Source: a virus
Taxonomy: Duplodnaviria; Caudoviricetes
Reading direction: 5' to 3' (one strand)
Virus record (IMG/VR): IMGVR_UViG_3300042288_000537
Coordinates: 1 to 25,300 of that record
Length of the DNA stretch: 25,300 bases
Positions 15,171 through 22,962 of this stretch are shown one piece after another; position 1 is the stretch's first letter, and every line of letters starts with the position of its first letter. Made by a program: the position numbers and the translations under genes. The notes under the pieces were generated by a model, which did no database searches, was not told the DNA's origin, and saw nothing but the letters and a program-made list of their open reading frames with translations.

Positions 15171-15244
15171 TAGCCGCGGCGGGATTCGAACCCGCAACGA
15201 CGGGTACCTAAAACCCGCGCGTCTACCGATTGCGCCACGCGGCC
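15171..15244 (-). tRNA. tRNA-Leu (anticodon UAG), short variable loop, CCA not encoded
   Basis: GGCCGCG-TG-GCG CAATCGGTAGA CGC-G-CGGGT TT[TAG]GT ACCCG-TCGTT-GCGGG TTCGAAT CCCGC-CGCGGCT-A; all four stems pair. Confidence 0.9.
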
Positions 15245-15299
15245 GACAGTCTCGCCCCAAACCCCGCGCACGCCGTGCGCGCGCGCGTTCGGGGCCGCA

Positions 15300-15950
15300 T
15301 CATTCCCTACCCATTCCGAATAGCACCCCTTGCGCTAGACGTTCGGCTATCGCGTCGCAATAGCCTTTGTCGATTTCGATACCGACCGACGGCACGCCAC
15401 ACAATCGCGCCGCGACTAACACCGAACCACTACCCGCGAACGGATCGACGACCGATGCCGCGTCAGGGAACATATCGGCGAGGATACCCGCGAACAACCT
15501 AACGGGCTTTTGTGTCGGGTGGACGCGGCGCCCGCCGTCGTCGTTGACGACCCCGCCATGTAGGATTCGGTACATTCGTTCAAACCCGCTACGCTTTGAC
15601 GTCCACGCCATTTCGAACGGTGCGCCCAACATACGGTCGGCGGCTTCGGTTAGGCGCTTGTCCCAACAAATCCAACGCCCGCGATGCGGCAACAGGTGCG
15701 GGAAACAATGCGCCCCGAACACCACCGCGTCGTCGGCGCAATCTAGGCGCGTGAATAGCCACCGCGCCATTGTGTCGTCGTCGTCGCCGTGAATCGTCGC
15801 CCATTCGCGCGTCGTCGCCGTATGGTGGAAATTCACGCCGTAGGGCGGGTCGGTGAGTAGCACCGACGCGCGGGCTAGGTTCGGCAGGATATCGCGCGCG
15901 TCGCCGTGGTATAGCGTCGTTAGGCCGTCGCGGTAGTACGGTTCAACCAT
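15300..15950 (-). CDS. Orphan N4-cytosine/N6-adenine DNA methyltransferase (beta class)
   Basis: TLYHGD, LLTDPPYG (motif IV), HPTQKPV, VVDPFAGSGS (motif I), GIEID. Confidence 0.92.
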   Translation of the reverse strand: MVEPYYRDGLTTLYHGDARDILPNLARASVLLTDPPYGVNFHHTATTREWATIHGDDDDTMARWLFTRLDCADDAVVFGAHCFPHLLPHRGRWICWDKRLTEAADRMLGAPFEMAWTSKRSGFERMYRILHGGVVNDDGGRRVHPTQKPVRLFAGILADMFPDAASVVDPFAGSGSVLVAARLCGVPSVGIEIDKGYCDAIAERLAQGVLFGMGRE

Positions 15951-16149
15951 TGGACAAATGCCGCCGACACTCCGCTACCGCGGTTCGTGCCATCATTGGT
16001 AGCCGCGCGGCTTGCGCGTCGATTAGTTCCACCAATTCCGCGTCGGTGGTGTCTGCGGGTACGCGGATTCGCACCGATAGCCACGCGGTCGCGTGTTCGG
16101 GGTCGCGCTTGACATTCGCGCGCGTTTCGCGCGGTTCCCACGCCGTCAC
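15943..16149 (-). CDS. Hypothetical protein
   Basis: GTGA overlap at 16146-16149; fills the operon gap. Confidence 0.6.
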   Translation of the reverse strand: MTAWEPRETRANVKRDPEHATAWLSVRIRVPADTTDAELVELIDAQAARLPMMARTAVAECRRHLSNG

Positions 16150-16517
16150 AGACTCCCCGCACCGTCCATATGCTGTTTGCATTTGCTATTCTCCGATTGC
16201 ATTTCGAACGCGACGCGTTCGACTAGGTCGAGCCAATTGCACCTATCCCGCCACGGTAGCGCGCTCCAACGTTCCCAATCCGCTAGCGCGGCCGTGTGGC
16301 TACGGTTGATTGCGGCGGCTACGTCGGGCCACGACGGCGACGGGCGCGCGCATTCGCGTAACGCCGCTACTAACACCATTCGCCAATCTCGCGACGCCAT
16401 AGCGCGTAGCGCGGCGGTTTCCCGCGGCGTATACGTTTCGGGGCCGTGGATGCGGTTAGGGTTCGCGGCTAGGTAGCGCACCGCGTCGCCGATGTCGCGT
16501 TGTGTATAGGTGGTCAT
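16146..16517 (-). CDS. Putative HTH protein resembling DnaA domain IV
   Basis: PSWPDVAAAINRSHTAAL resembles the S.PEIG..F.RDHTTV motif. ATGA-coupled. Confidence 0.5.
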   Translation of the reverse strand: MTTYTQRDIGDAVRYLAANPNRIHGPETYTPRETAALRAMASRDWRMVLVAALRECARPSPSWPDVAAAINRSHTAALADWERWSALPWRDRCNWLDLVERVAFEMQSENSKCKQHMDGAGSL

Positions 16518-17347
16518 TCGGTACAGGTACAGGGTATTTGCGATTCTTCGGGGTCGTTGGTATCTGGCTCCCCGAACAATTCGGGTTGTATTCGAACCTG
16601 TACTAACAATTGCGCGTAATTAGCGCGGTCATCGCGGAAGGTGCGCCCAAATTCTTTTTCGGCGTCGATCCACCATTGGGCGCGGTCAGGTTCTCGCCTT
16701 ATTACGCGTTCTAGTAGTCGTTTCCCCTTCAAAAAACATAGGTCGCAATTTCCGAACGCCCTGTCGTCGTTCGGCAACCTCAAATCGAAATTTTGAAGTT
16801 TCCAGAATGCGCGAACGTCGTCTAGCGTGTGTCCCGCTTCGGCCATAGGGCACACGTAATCGAAACCCATTCGTTCCGAACCCGCGACACGATGCACGCG
16901 GCGCGGTTCATCCGCGCGCAACCCTACCGCAAGCGTTGCATCCACGAACCCCAACGTTTTTGCATACTTCGCGATTGGTTCAACCTTCAACCATTGGGTA
17001 CATAGGCGACGTAACGGGGTTGGCATCATGCGTCGGGATCGCATCATGTCCAAAAATGGTTCGCCGTTACGACTAGCGGTATCGTAATTGCACACCCTAT
17101 AGCGTGATTCCGCGGAAGAATCGTATTCAATCCAATGCACGTCTACCCCGAAATTTTCGGAGCATTCGCGCACGAATTGCAAGGTAGCGGCGTGTTCGCG
17201 GCCAGTGTTGGCGAACACGATTAGGCCGTGGGTAGGAAACTTGCCCCCGTGGGCTTCTATGATTTTTGCGAGCATAAAAGCCGACGTGCGACCACCGCTA
17301 AACGACACCACAAAAGGTTCGTCGATTTTGTAGGGGTTGCGATTCAT
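16514..17347 (-). CDS. PAPS-reductase/DndC-like PP-loop family protein with Cys motifs
   Basis: VVSFSGGRTS (PP-loop), FANTGREH, R.CT..LK, GLRADEPRR, GNCDLCFLK, C-terminal CTC. The ATG at 17347 overlaps the upstream stop. Confidence 0.85.
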   Translation of the reverse strand: MNRNPYKIDEPFVVSFSGGRTSAFMLAKIIEAHGGKFPTHGLIVFANTGREHAATLQFVRECSENFGVDVHWIEYDSSAESRYRVCNYDTASRNGEPFLDMMRSRRMMPTPLRRLCTQWLKVEPIAKYAKTLGFVDATLAVGLRADEPRRVHRVAGSERMGFDYVCPMAEAGHTLDDVRAFWKLQNFDLRLPNDDRAFGNCDLCFLKGKRLLERVIRREPDRAQWWIDAEKEFGRTFRDDRANYAQLLVQVRIQPELFGEPDTNDPEESQIPCTCTE

Positions 17348-17688
17348 TCGACAATCTCCCAAACGCGCGCCATGCGTCCCGACCGCGTCGGGCGTTGCCC
17401 GTTCGCGCGAATAACGCCGCACCGCATAAGTTTATTGATAGCGGCCGACGCGCTTTGGTGCGTCATACCCAACCGCGCTTCGATTTCGTCGCACGTTGAC
17501 GGATTCTCCGCGATTGCGCGGCGAATGAATTCGATAGCCGAATCGGGCGCCGCGCGGTACGCGGCATCCTGCACATCCCATCGTGTCGCCTGTCGCGCGG
17601 TCGCGCGCGGCGGGTTGTCGATTGCGAATCGGAATATCCCCAATTCGTCGCCGCGGGTTCGTCCGTGGTTGTATTCAATCATTCGCAA
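17344..17688 (-). CDS. Winged-helix DNA-binding protein
   Basis: TCDEIEARLGMTHQSASAAINKLMRCGVI...RPTRSGRMARVW. Confidence 0.75.
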   Translation of the reverse strand: MRMIEYNHGRTRGDELGIFRFAIDNPPRATARQATRWDVQDAAYRAAPDSAIEFIRRAIAENPSTCDEIEARLGMTHQSASAAINKLMRCGVIRANGQRPTRSGRMARVWEIVE

Positions 17689-17944
17689 GCGCCTTTCGTA
17701 GTCTGCGGATTTCGTCGGCGGCTTCGGCCCATTCGCGACCTAGCCGCGACAGGCTAGCGCCGTCGATTGGTACGGTTTCGTTTCGTCGCGTCGCGTATCG
17801 GCTAGCGGCTACGGATACCGTGCCGTTCCATCGCGCGCGGGCTTCTATGTCGATAGCGGAAAGGGGCACGTGGAATATCCCCGCACCCTCAACAGGCGGC
17901 GCCACGTGCGCGTCGTCGTCGTCGTGTGTTGGCGTGTCGATCAT
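17675..17944 (-). CDS. Hypothetical protein
   Basis: ATGA-coupled; ends EAADEIRRLRKAL, a motif shared with 18703..18963 (AADEIERIRAE). Confidence 0.65.
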   Translation of the reverse strand: MIDTPTHDDDDAHVAPPVEGAGIFHVPLSAIDIEARARWNGTVSVAASRYATRRNETVPIDGASLSRLGREWAEAADEIRRLRKALAND

Positions 17945-18195
17945 TCGCGCGGCCTATCGGCCAATTGCCACAACAGCACGCCGACCACCCCCAACGCGAC
18001 GACCAACAGCACCAACGACGCGCCGACGTCGGCGCAACAATCCCGCGGCGCGGGCGATGGCTCCACCACGCGCGCGGGTTGTTGAGTCGTTGCCGCGTCG
18101 TCGTTCCACACATTCGGCTTTCCGTACCGATATTGCGCGAACGGGTCGGCGGGGTTCGTCCAAACGCTGTTGGTTGTTGTGGTGCGTTGTGTCAT
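17941..18195 (-). CDS. Hypothetical membrane protein (C-terminal TM)
   Basis: SLVLLVVALGVVGVLLW; ATGA overlaps on both sides. Confidence 0.65.
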   Translation of the reverse strand: MTQRTTTTNSVWTNPADPFAQYRYGKPNVWNDDAATTQQPARVVEPSPAPRDCCADVGASLVLLVVALGVVGVLLWQLADRPRE

Positions 18196-18518
18196 ACGTT
18201 CGCGGGTTCGGGCTTCGACTTGCGCGGGCGCCCCGCGGCTTTCTTCACAATACCACCCGTGAACTTATATTCCCGCATCACGGCACCGCCGTTCCGTCGT
18301 AGGTCGCGTACCCTCAACATCGGTTGGCGAAGGTTGGCGGCTTCGCACGCGCGCGCGAAACTTGCATCGGGAATTCGGCCGCCGTTCAACCAATTGCAGA
18401 CGGTTTGCGGCGACACGTTCACCAACGCGGCGAGTCGGCGAACGCCGATAGCGGCAAGCGCTTTGTATGCGTCGTCGTCGGGCGAGAGTGTCCAAAAAAT
18501 TTCGACGTGTGCATTCAT
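18192..18518 (-). CDS. Cro/XRE-like HTH regulator with C-terminal AT-hook-like GRPRK
   Basis: GVRRLAALVNVSPQTVCNWLNGGRIP...AGRPRKSK. The ATG at 18518 overlaps the upstream stop. Confidence 0.75.
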   Translation of the reverse strand: MNAHVEIFWTLSPDDDAYKALAAIGVRRLAALVNVSPQTVCNWLNGGRIPDASFARACEAANLRQPMLRVRDLRRNGGAVMREYKFTGGIVKKAAGRPRKSKPEPANV

Positions 18519-18706
18519 TGTTCGTATCCAATCACCGCGCGCATAGCGCGGATTGTGAGTTGTCCTAGCCAAATCCAATACCACGCGCACGCGGTGAGAA
18601 TCGCGGCTACCGCCGTAATTCGCACGAACACGAACCCCACGGCGTATAGCCACGGGTACGCATCGTCGCCCCTCATTTTGTTGTCGTCGTCGTAGTCGGG
18701 CATCAT
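18515..18706 (-). CDS. Small membrane protein
   Basis: Long hydrophobic segment WLYAVGFVFVRITAVAAILTACAWYWIWL; coupled overlaps. Confidence 0.6.
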   Translation of the reverse strand: MMPDYDDDNKMRGDDAYPWLYAVGFVFVRITAVAAILTACAWYWIWLGQLTIRAMRAVIGYEQ

Positions 18707-18963
18707 GCGTTTTTACCCTTGCGCGGTCGTTGTTCGCGTTCGTAGCAATCCCACCCGCGTAACTCCGCGGTACGTTGCAGCGTGTGGAAAATCTTTTTCG
18801 TGTGCCAACATACAAGCCGCCGCGCGTGGTCGCGTTCGGCGCGTATCCGTTCGATTTCGTCGGCGGCAAATTTCAGCCCGTCGGAAACCTCTTGCACCCC
18901 TTGTTCGTCGGCGCCGATTGCCCACGCGCGAAGCCGCGCCACGATTTCGTCGGTTTCGTTCAT
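18703..18963 (-). CDS. Hypothetical protein
   Basis: MNETDEIVARLRAW...AADEIERIRAERD..RR.VC...AELRGWDCY; ATGA-coupled. Confidence 0.65.
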   Translation of the reverse strand: MNETDEIVARLRAWAIGADEQGVQEVSDGLKFAADEIERIRAERDHARRLVCWHTKKIFHTLQRTAELRGWDCYEREQRPRKGKNA

Positions 18964-19163
18964 CGTTGCCCCTTCGGCTTGCGCCCGTCGCGTTGCATTC
19001 GTTCGACGACTTCGCCGCGCCAAATCTCAATTTCCCGCGGGAATTCGAACGCGACGCGCGCGCGGCCGTCGCCGCGGATAGTTACGGTAATCGCTCCCAA
19101 CGCGACGCCGTCGCGCAACACGTCAAACCGTTGTTGGTCGGCTACGGTGATTACCAACGCCAC
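18960..19163 (-). CDS. csrA: CsrA/RsmA-like translational regulator (divergent)
   Basis: MALVITV...ITVTIRGDGRARVAFEFPREIEIWRGEVVERMQ aligns by eye with CsrA (MLILTR...VTV...[26 protein letters not shown]). 67 aa, AGGGGG RBS. Confidence 0.65.
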   Translation of the reverse strand: MALVITVADQQRFDVLRDGVALGAITVTIRGDGRARVAFEFPREIEIWRGEVVERMQRDGRKPKGQR

Positions 19164-19327
19164 GCGGCACCCCCTGTCGGAAGGGCCGCGCCGCCCGCGG
19201 AGATGCGCCGCGGGCGGCGTGGCGTGGGGAATGGGCGCATAGCGCCCCCGACGCTACCGCGCGTCCTGCGCGGGATTCCCGCTACGTCGGCGGGGGTTGC
19301 GTGCATTGTAGCCGTATGTTCGTTCAT
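19151..19327 (-). CDS. Possible small Arg/Pro-rich protein
   Basis: Manually translated 58 aa MNEHTATMHATPADVAGIPRRTRG...PRRPRRIS...WRW. AAGGGG RBS; fills the operon gap. Confidence 0.4.
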   Translation of the reverse strand: MNEHTATMHATPADVAGIPRRTRGSVGGAMRPFPTPRRPRRISAGGAALPTGGAAWRW

Positions 19328-19396
19328 TGGTACCCCTTCGCGGCGTTCGGTACGCCGTAACCGTGCGGCGTGTGCCGCGTGTCTAGTGCCATTGTA

Positions 19397-19873
19397 TCAC
19401 GATTCAAGCGCCGCGCAAACGATGAACACGTGCGCCCGTTGCCATTCTTCGATTTTCGCGGGTAGTGGTTCGACGGGTAGCCATTTCGCCGCGCGCATTC
19501 GCGCGACGGCGTCGGCCACGCGGTCGCGCGGTTCGATGCGTAGCCGTTCCACGCACCGCGCGCGGTCGCGCTCCAACGTCGCGACGATGTCGGCGCGTTC
19601 GGCGTCGGGTGATTTCTGCGGCTTCGCGGCTTCGCGTGCGTTGCCCGTGTTTGCAATCCGACGGTAAACGGCTAGCAATTCCGACAGGCGGAACACGGTA
19701 CTAGTGCATTCCACGCGGTAGTCGTCGATTGCGGCGGCCAACCACCGTTGGTTGAGATTGGACAGGCGCCCGACCGCCAACCGCCGTTCGTCGTCGGTTG
19801 GTTGGTACCGCGGCCATAGGCCGTTGATTCGTTGGCGGTTGGTTTCCCATGTTGCGTCGGCGTGTTCGGTCAT
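19397..19873 (-). CDS. Replication-module protein (helicase loader/inhibitor-like position)
   Basis: Helical 158 aa, ATGA-coupled directly after the initiator. Function is positional only. Confidence 0.55.
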   Translation of the reverse strand: MTEHADATWETNRQRINGLWPRYQPTDDERRLAVGRLSNLNQRWLAAAIDDYRVECTSTVFRLSELLAVYRRIANTGNAREAAKPQKSPDAERADIVATLERDRARCVERLRIEPRDRVADAVARMRAAKWLPVEPLPAKIEEWQRAHVFIVCAALES

Positions 19874-20358
19874 ATGCCACCCTTCCGCGCGTGCGCGCGT
19901 AACACACGCGTAGCGTGTGTATCTTCTCTTCTCTTCTCTTCTCTAGGTAACGCGGTTGTAACGTCGCATTTAGGTAACGCGGTTGTAACGGTCGAACCGT
20001 TACGCGCGCGGTGAGTCGCGACGCGGCGCGCGGTTTCGGCGCGACTCTTCGCCGTGGCGCCATTGTGTTCGTCGAATCGCGGGATAGCGGGCGAACCGTC
20101 GGACACGTCCACCAACCACCCCACGCCGCGAAGCGCGGCCGACAGCGTTAGCCGTTCGGCAATCGGCCCGCCGCCTAACGCGTCTACGTCGGCCGTCGTG
20201 TGGTAACGCAACACGCCATCGGTGGTGAATTCATCCGCCCACGACCACAACGTAACCAACGCACCGACGACCGTTGCAGGGTGCAAGCCCGTTGCACGCG
20301 CGACGTACGCTACCCGTGGGTCGTTGTGTAGGTTCGTGCGTACTTTGATCCATGCCAC
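19870..20358 (-). CDS. Phage replication initiator (lambda O-like organisation)
   Basis: MAWIKVRTNLHNDPRV...VVGALVTLWSWAD...GWL...IPRFDEHNG...R...HR, followed by an internal repeat and an REEKRRE tract. GTG start at 20358. Confidence 0.75.
   Translation of the reverse strand: MAWIKVRTNLHNDPRVAYVARATGLHPATVVGALVTLWSWADEFTTDGVLRYHTTADVDALGGGPIAERLTLSAALRGVGWLVDVSDGSPAIPRFDEHNGATAKSRAETARRVATHRARNGSTVTTALPKCDVTTALPREEKRREDTHATRVLRAHARKGGI
19922..20003. repeat. Putative replication origin: iterons plus polypurine/polypyrimidine tract
   Basis: TAGGTAACGCGGTTGTAACG twice (19944-19963, 19971-19990), inverted CGTTAC (19998-20003), and (TCTTC)n at 19922-19943, all inside the initiator gene. Confidence 0.75.
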
Positions 20359-20359
20359 G

Positions 20360-20734
20360 CTATCCCCCAATCCTGCGCGCGCGCGCAATCGCGACCGCAC
20401 GGCGCACGACGTCGAACCTCATCGAATCGTCGGCACACTCCCACAACAGCAACGCCACGCGTACGACGTCGGGCGCGACGCGTAGACGCCGTGCCACGAC
20501 GTCGCGACGCGGCGACAGGTGCGCGGGCATCATGTCGAACACGATCCCCGCCACCGCGATTTCCCGCGGTAGTTCCGTATCGGGCCACACGACGTCGGCC
20601 GCGGCGAGAGATTCGGCAAGCGTAAACGGTGCCGACGACGGGCGACGGCCGACGACGTCGGCCGCGGCCGTCGGGGGAAGTTCCCCCGACGCCGCGACAG
20701 GGTTAGAACGGCAATTCGTCATCGGCGCCCCCAT
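20360..20734 (-). CDS. Hypothetical protein (start uncertain)
   Basis: Fills the gap between ERF and the initiator; possible HTH (RRDVVARRLRVAPDVV). Confidence 0.5.
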   Translation of the reverse strand: MGAPMTNCRSNPVAASGELPPTAAADVVGRRPSSAPFTLAESLAAADVVWPDTELPREIAVAGIVFDMMPAHLSPRRDVVARRLRVAPDVVRVALLLWECADDSMRFDVVRRAVAIARARRIGG

Positions 20735-21701
20735 TCGTCGTGGGTGCCACGGTTCGGACGTCTACCACCATTGGCATTTTGCTACCGCGCGATTGCACAA
20801 CAGGGATAAGCGTTTGCCCAACCAATTCGGGTAGCCACGTCGCTATCGCGTCGGCCACGACGTAGTCGGTTACTTCGCCGTTCGACAGGAAGCCCGCGAC
20901 ACGGAAACTACGGTTTCCGACCGTTCGCGTTTCCAATCGGTGCAGCACCGCGGCCGCTATGGCGGTAGGTTCGCCCGTAGCGGCGTTCCCCGCGTCGGGG
21001 GCGGCCGTCGGCGGGTTCGGCACGTCGGACGCCGTAGCGGGCATCGTAGGGGCATTTCCCGCAAGCGCCGAATTTACCGCCGCGGCGCCCGTCGAACGTG
21101 GCGCGCGCTTCGGGCCGTCGGTCGGTGCCGACGTCGCGGGCGCGACGCGGTCGCGTACCCCGTGCCGCGTTTCGTTACGGTCGTCGTTGCGACCGTCCAT
21201 ATGCCCCGATTCATCCTCGCGAGGTAGGCACAACAGGTCGCGAAGCCAATAGGAAAGGCTAGTGGTCAACGCGCTAGCCACCGCCTTATCGACGGGGCGC
21301 CCCTTTTCAACCACGATAGGCCACACCACCACCGATTCGGCCGATTCGCCCGTCCAACCGTGGCACACGGTTAGACGCGACTGCACGTACAGACCGTCGG
21401 CGACGATTTCCCAACCCGTGCGGCGGGCGACGACGCCGCCACGCTGCAACGCGTCGCGGCACGCCGAAATCATCCCTTCCGCCGACGTATACGCGTAGCG
21501 GTGGAACGTATTCCGCGAATCCTTCGATACGCCCGATATCGCGCCTTGCGCGACCAACAGGCCGTCGGAGAGAGACACCGTACCCGAACGCGGGCACGCG
21601 GTCGGCGCCGACGCCATCGGCAACGGCGGACTATCTTCTATCGGCGTGGCGGGATGCGACACGCCACGCGCCATTCGGCTAGCGCGTCGTTGGTCGTGCA
21701 T
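20703..21701 (-). CDS. ERF-family single-strand annealing protein (start uncertain, 21701 or 21617)
   Basis: AQGAISGVSKDSRNTFHRYAYTS.E.....R.AL...G...H..TGES...ASALT....Y.L..LL.LP.ED; acidic DDELPF tail. Confidence 0.75.
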   Translation of the reverse strand: MHDQRRASRMARGVSHPATPIEDSPPLPMASAPTACPRSGTVSLSDGLLVAQGAISGVSKDSRNTFHRYAYTSAEGMISACRDALQRGGVVARRTGWEIVADGLYVQSRLTVCHGWTGESAESVVVWPIVVEKGRPVDKAVASALTTSLSYWLRDLLCLPREDESGHMDGRNDDRNETRHGVRDRVAPATSAPTDGPKRAPRSTGAAAVNSALAGNAPTMPATASDVPNPPTAAPDAGNAATGEPTAIAAAVLHRLETRTVGNRSFRVAGFLSNGEVTDYVVADAIATWLPELVGQTLIPVVQSRGSKMPMVVDVRTVAPTTNGGADDELPF

Positions 21702-21715
21702 TGGTTCCGAAGGAT

Positions 21716-22516
21716 TCAAGCGCCACCCCCAATCGCCCACGCGGGAAGGGGCAAATCTTCGATGAACCCCGAATAGCCCGACCATACGCCCGACGCGGTC
21801 GCGGCCGCGTACGCGTTGCACGCGGCTTCAATCGTCGGCAACATCGCGTCCAAATCCGCATCGGCTAGGCCGTACGTCGCGACACAATGCGGCGCCGCCT
21901 TTTCGACGGCAACCAACACCGCACCAGTAACCCGTCGGCCGTTCGCGCGCAGAATCTCGCGATAGAACGCCATTTGGAGATAGTACCCGTAATCAACGGC
22001 CGACCGCGCGAACGCGCGCGGCGCGGCGCACGTGGTCGTTTTCAGGTCAACCAACATACCGTCGGCGCAATAGGCGTCTACGCGACACTTGCACGGCACC
22101 CCGAATAGGTCGGCGGTAAACACACGTTCGGCGAACGTCACGCGCGACATAATGAGGCTAGCCGCGTTGTGTTGTTGCATCGCGGCGACCATCGCATCTA
22201 CGCCCGCGTATTCCGATTCGTCTACGACGGTTTTCCCGACGTTCAACGCCGCGAACGCTTCGGCCGCCTCTTTCCCCGCCTTTGTGCGGCGGTCGAATTT
22301 CGGGCTAGTCGCGAATTCGTTCGCGAAATCCGCGGGGCGAAGCGCGGCACAATGCAACGCGCGGCCGACGCGAAACGCGTCGGTATCCTCTTCGGCGCTG
22401 TTCATACGCGCGAACAGGTGCGCGGGGGTTTGACTTGCTAGGGTTTTCACCCACGACGCGCGCAAGCCCGCAAGCGCCGCGTATTCGGCTTCCGACATGA
22501 TTAGCCCGCTATTCAT
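21716..22516 (-). CDS. RecE/exonuclease VIII-like PD-(D/E)XK nuclease (DUF3799 type)
   Basis: GRALHCAAL, DRRTKAGK, KCRVD...VDLKTT, YGYYLQMAFY, VAVEK..PH. Confidence 0.88.
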   Translation of the reverse strand: MNSGLIMSEAEYAALAGLRASWVKTLASQTPAHLFARMNSAEEDTDAFRVGRALHCAALRPADFANEFATSPKFDRRTKAGKEAAEAFAALNVGKTVVDESEYAGVDAMVAAMQQHNAASLIMSRVTFAERVFTADLFGVPCKCRVDAYCADGMLVDLKTTTCAAPRAFARSAVDYGYYLQMAFYREILRANGRRVTGAVLVAVEKAAPHCVATYGLADADLDAMLPTIEAACNAYAAATASGVWSGYSGFIEDLPLPAWAIGGGA

Positions 22517-22629
22517 CGCGTACCACCCTTCCGACGCGTAGCGCGTCCACGTTGCAAGAATTCACGTTCGACCGCGCATCCGAAAAGGAAGGCGCACCCG
22601 ACGACGACCAACAATGCGAGAATGTCCAT
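22513..22629 (-). CDS. 38-aa membrane peptide
   Basis: Manually translated MDILALLVVVGCAFLFGCAVEREFLQRGRATRRKGGTR. AAGGG RBS; the stop overlaps the exonuclease ATG. Confidence 0.55.
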   Translation of the reverse strand: MDILALLVVVGCAFLFGCAVEREFLQRGRATRRKGGTR

Positions 22630-22681
22630 TATTAGAACCCTTGCGCCGTCCGTCGGCGCGACGTTCCGCCCGTGTGACGGG

Positions 22682-22708
22682 TAGCCCGCCGCGAATCGCG
22701 GCGGGTTG
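22682..22708 (-). terminator. Strong hairpin after the first early gene (no U-tract; attenuator or processing site)
   Basis: AACCCGCCGCG-ATT-CGCGGCGGGCT. Confidence 0.5.
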
Positions 22709-22713
22709 GCCTA

Positions 22714-22962
22714 TCACACGGTAGCGGCTTGCAATTCGCGTTCGTAACCCCATTCGCGGCTTACTGCGGTATGTAGGTCGTTCGCCTTCCTACGGAGTTG
22801 CGCGGCCGTCCACGTGGCGCCGCATCGGCGCGCGCACGCGGCGTAGTCGTTCAACGCGTGTTGAACGGAGTAGAGACAACACGCCACGCGAACGCGGTGC
22901 GGTTGTTGGAGCGCCATAGCGGCTTCGATTGCGAGTTGCGCGAATTGTTGCGACTTATTCAT
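22714..22962 (-). CDS. Hypothetical protein, first gene of the early operon
   Basis: AAGGGG RBS behind repeat unit copy 6. Confidence 0.7.
   Translation of the reverse strand: MNKSQQFAQLAIEAAMALQQPHRVRVACCLYSVQHALNDYAACARRCGATWTAAQLRRKANDLHTAVSREWGYERELQAATV

Noticed and set aside
15171-15244. Amber suppressor tRNA or TAG stop-codon recoding
   Set aside because: The anticodon is 5'-UAG-3' (reads CUA), not CUA. Core genes are intact under the standard code.
10861-15244. Integration module (excisionase plus attP in the tRNA)
   Set aside because: No integrase in the window, the tRNA is complete with no duplicated 3' fragment seen, and the HTH_17 gene lies in the late operon.
15300-15950. Restriction-modification system
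   Set aside because: No adjacent endonuclease. The PD-(D/E)XK proteins present have resolvase and RecE-like signatures.
16514-17347. Complete Dnd/Ssp phosphorothioation system or sulfur-assimilation auxiliary gene
   Set aside because: No dndA/B/D/E, ssp or other cys genes in the window; only family-level similarity can be supported.
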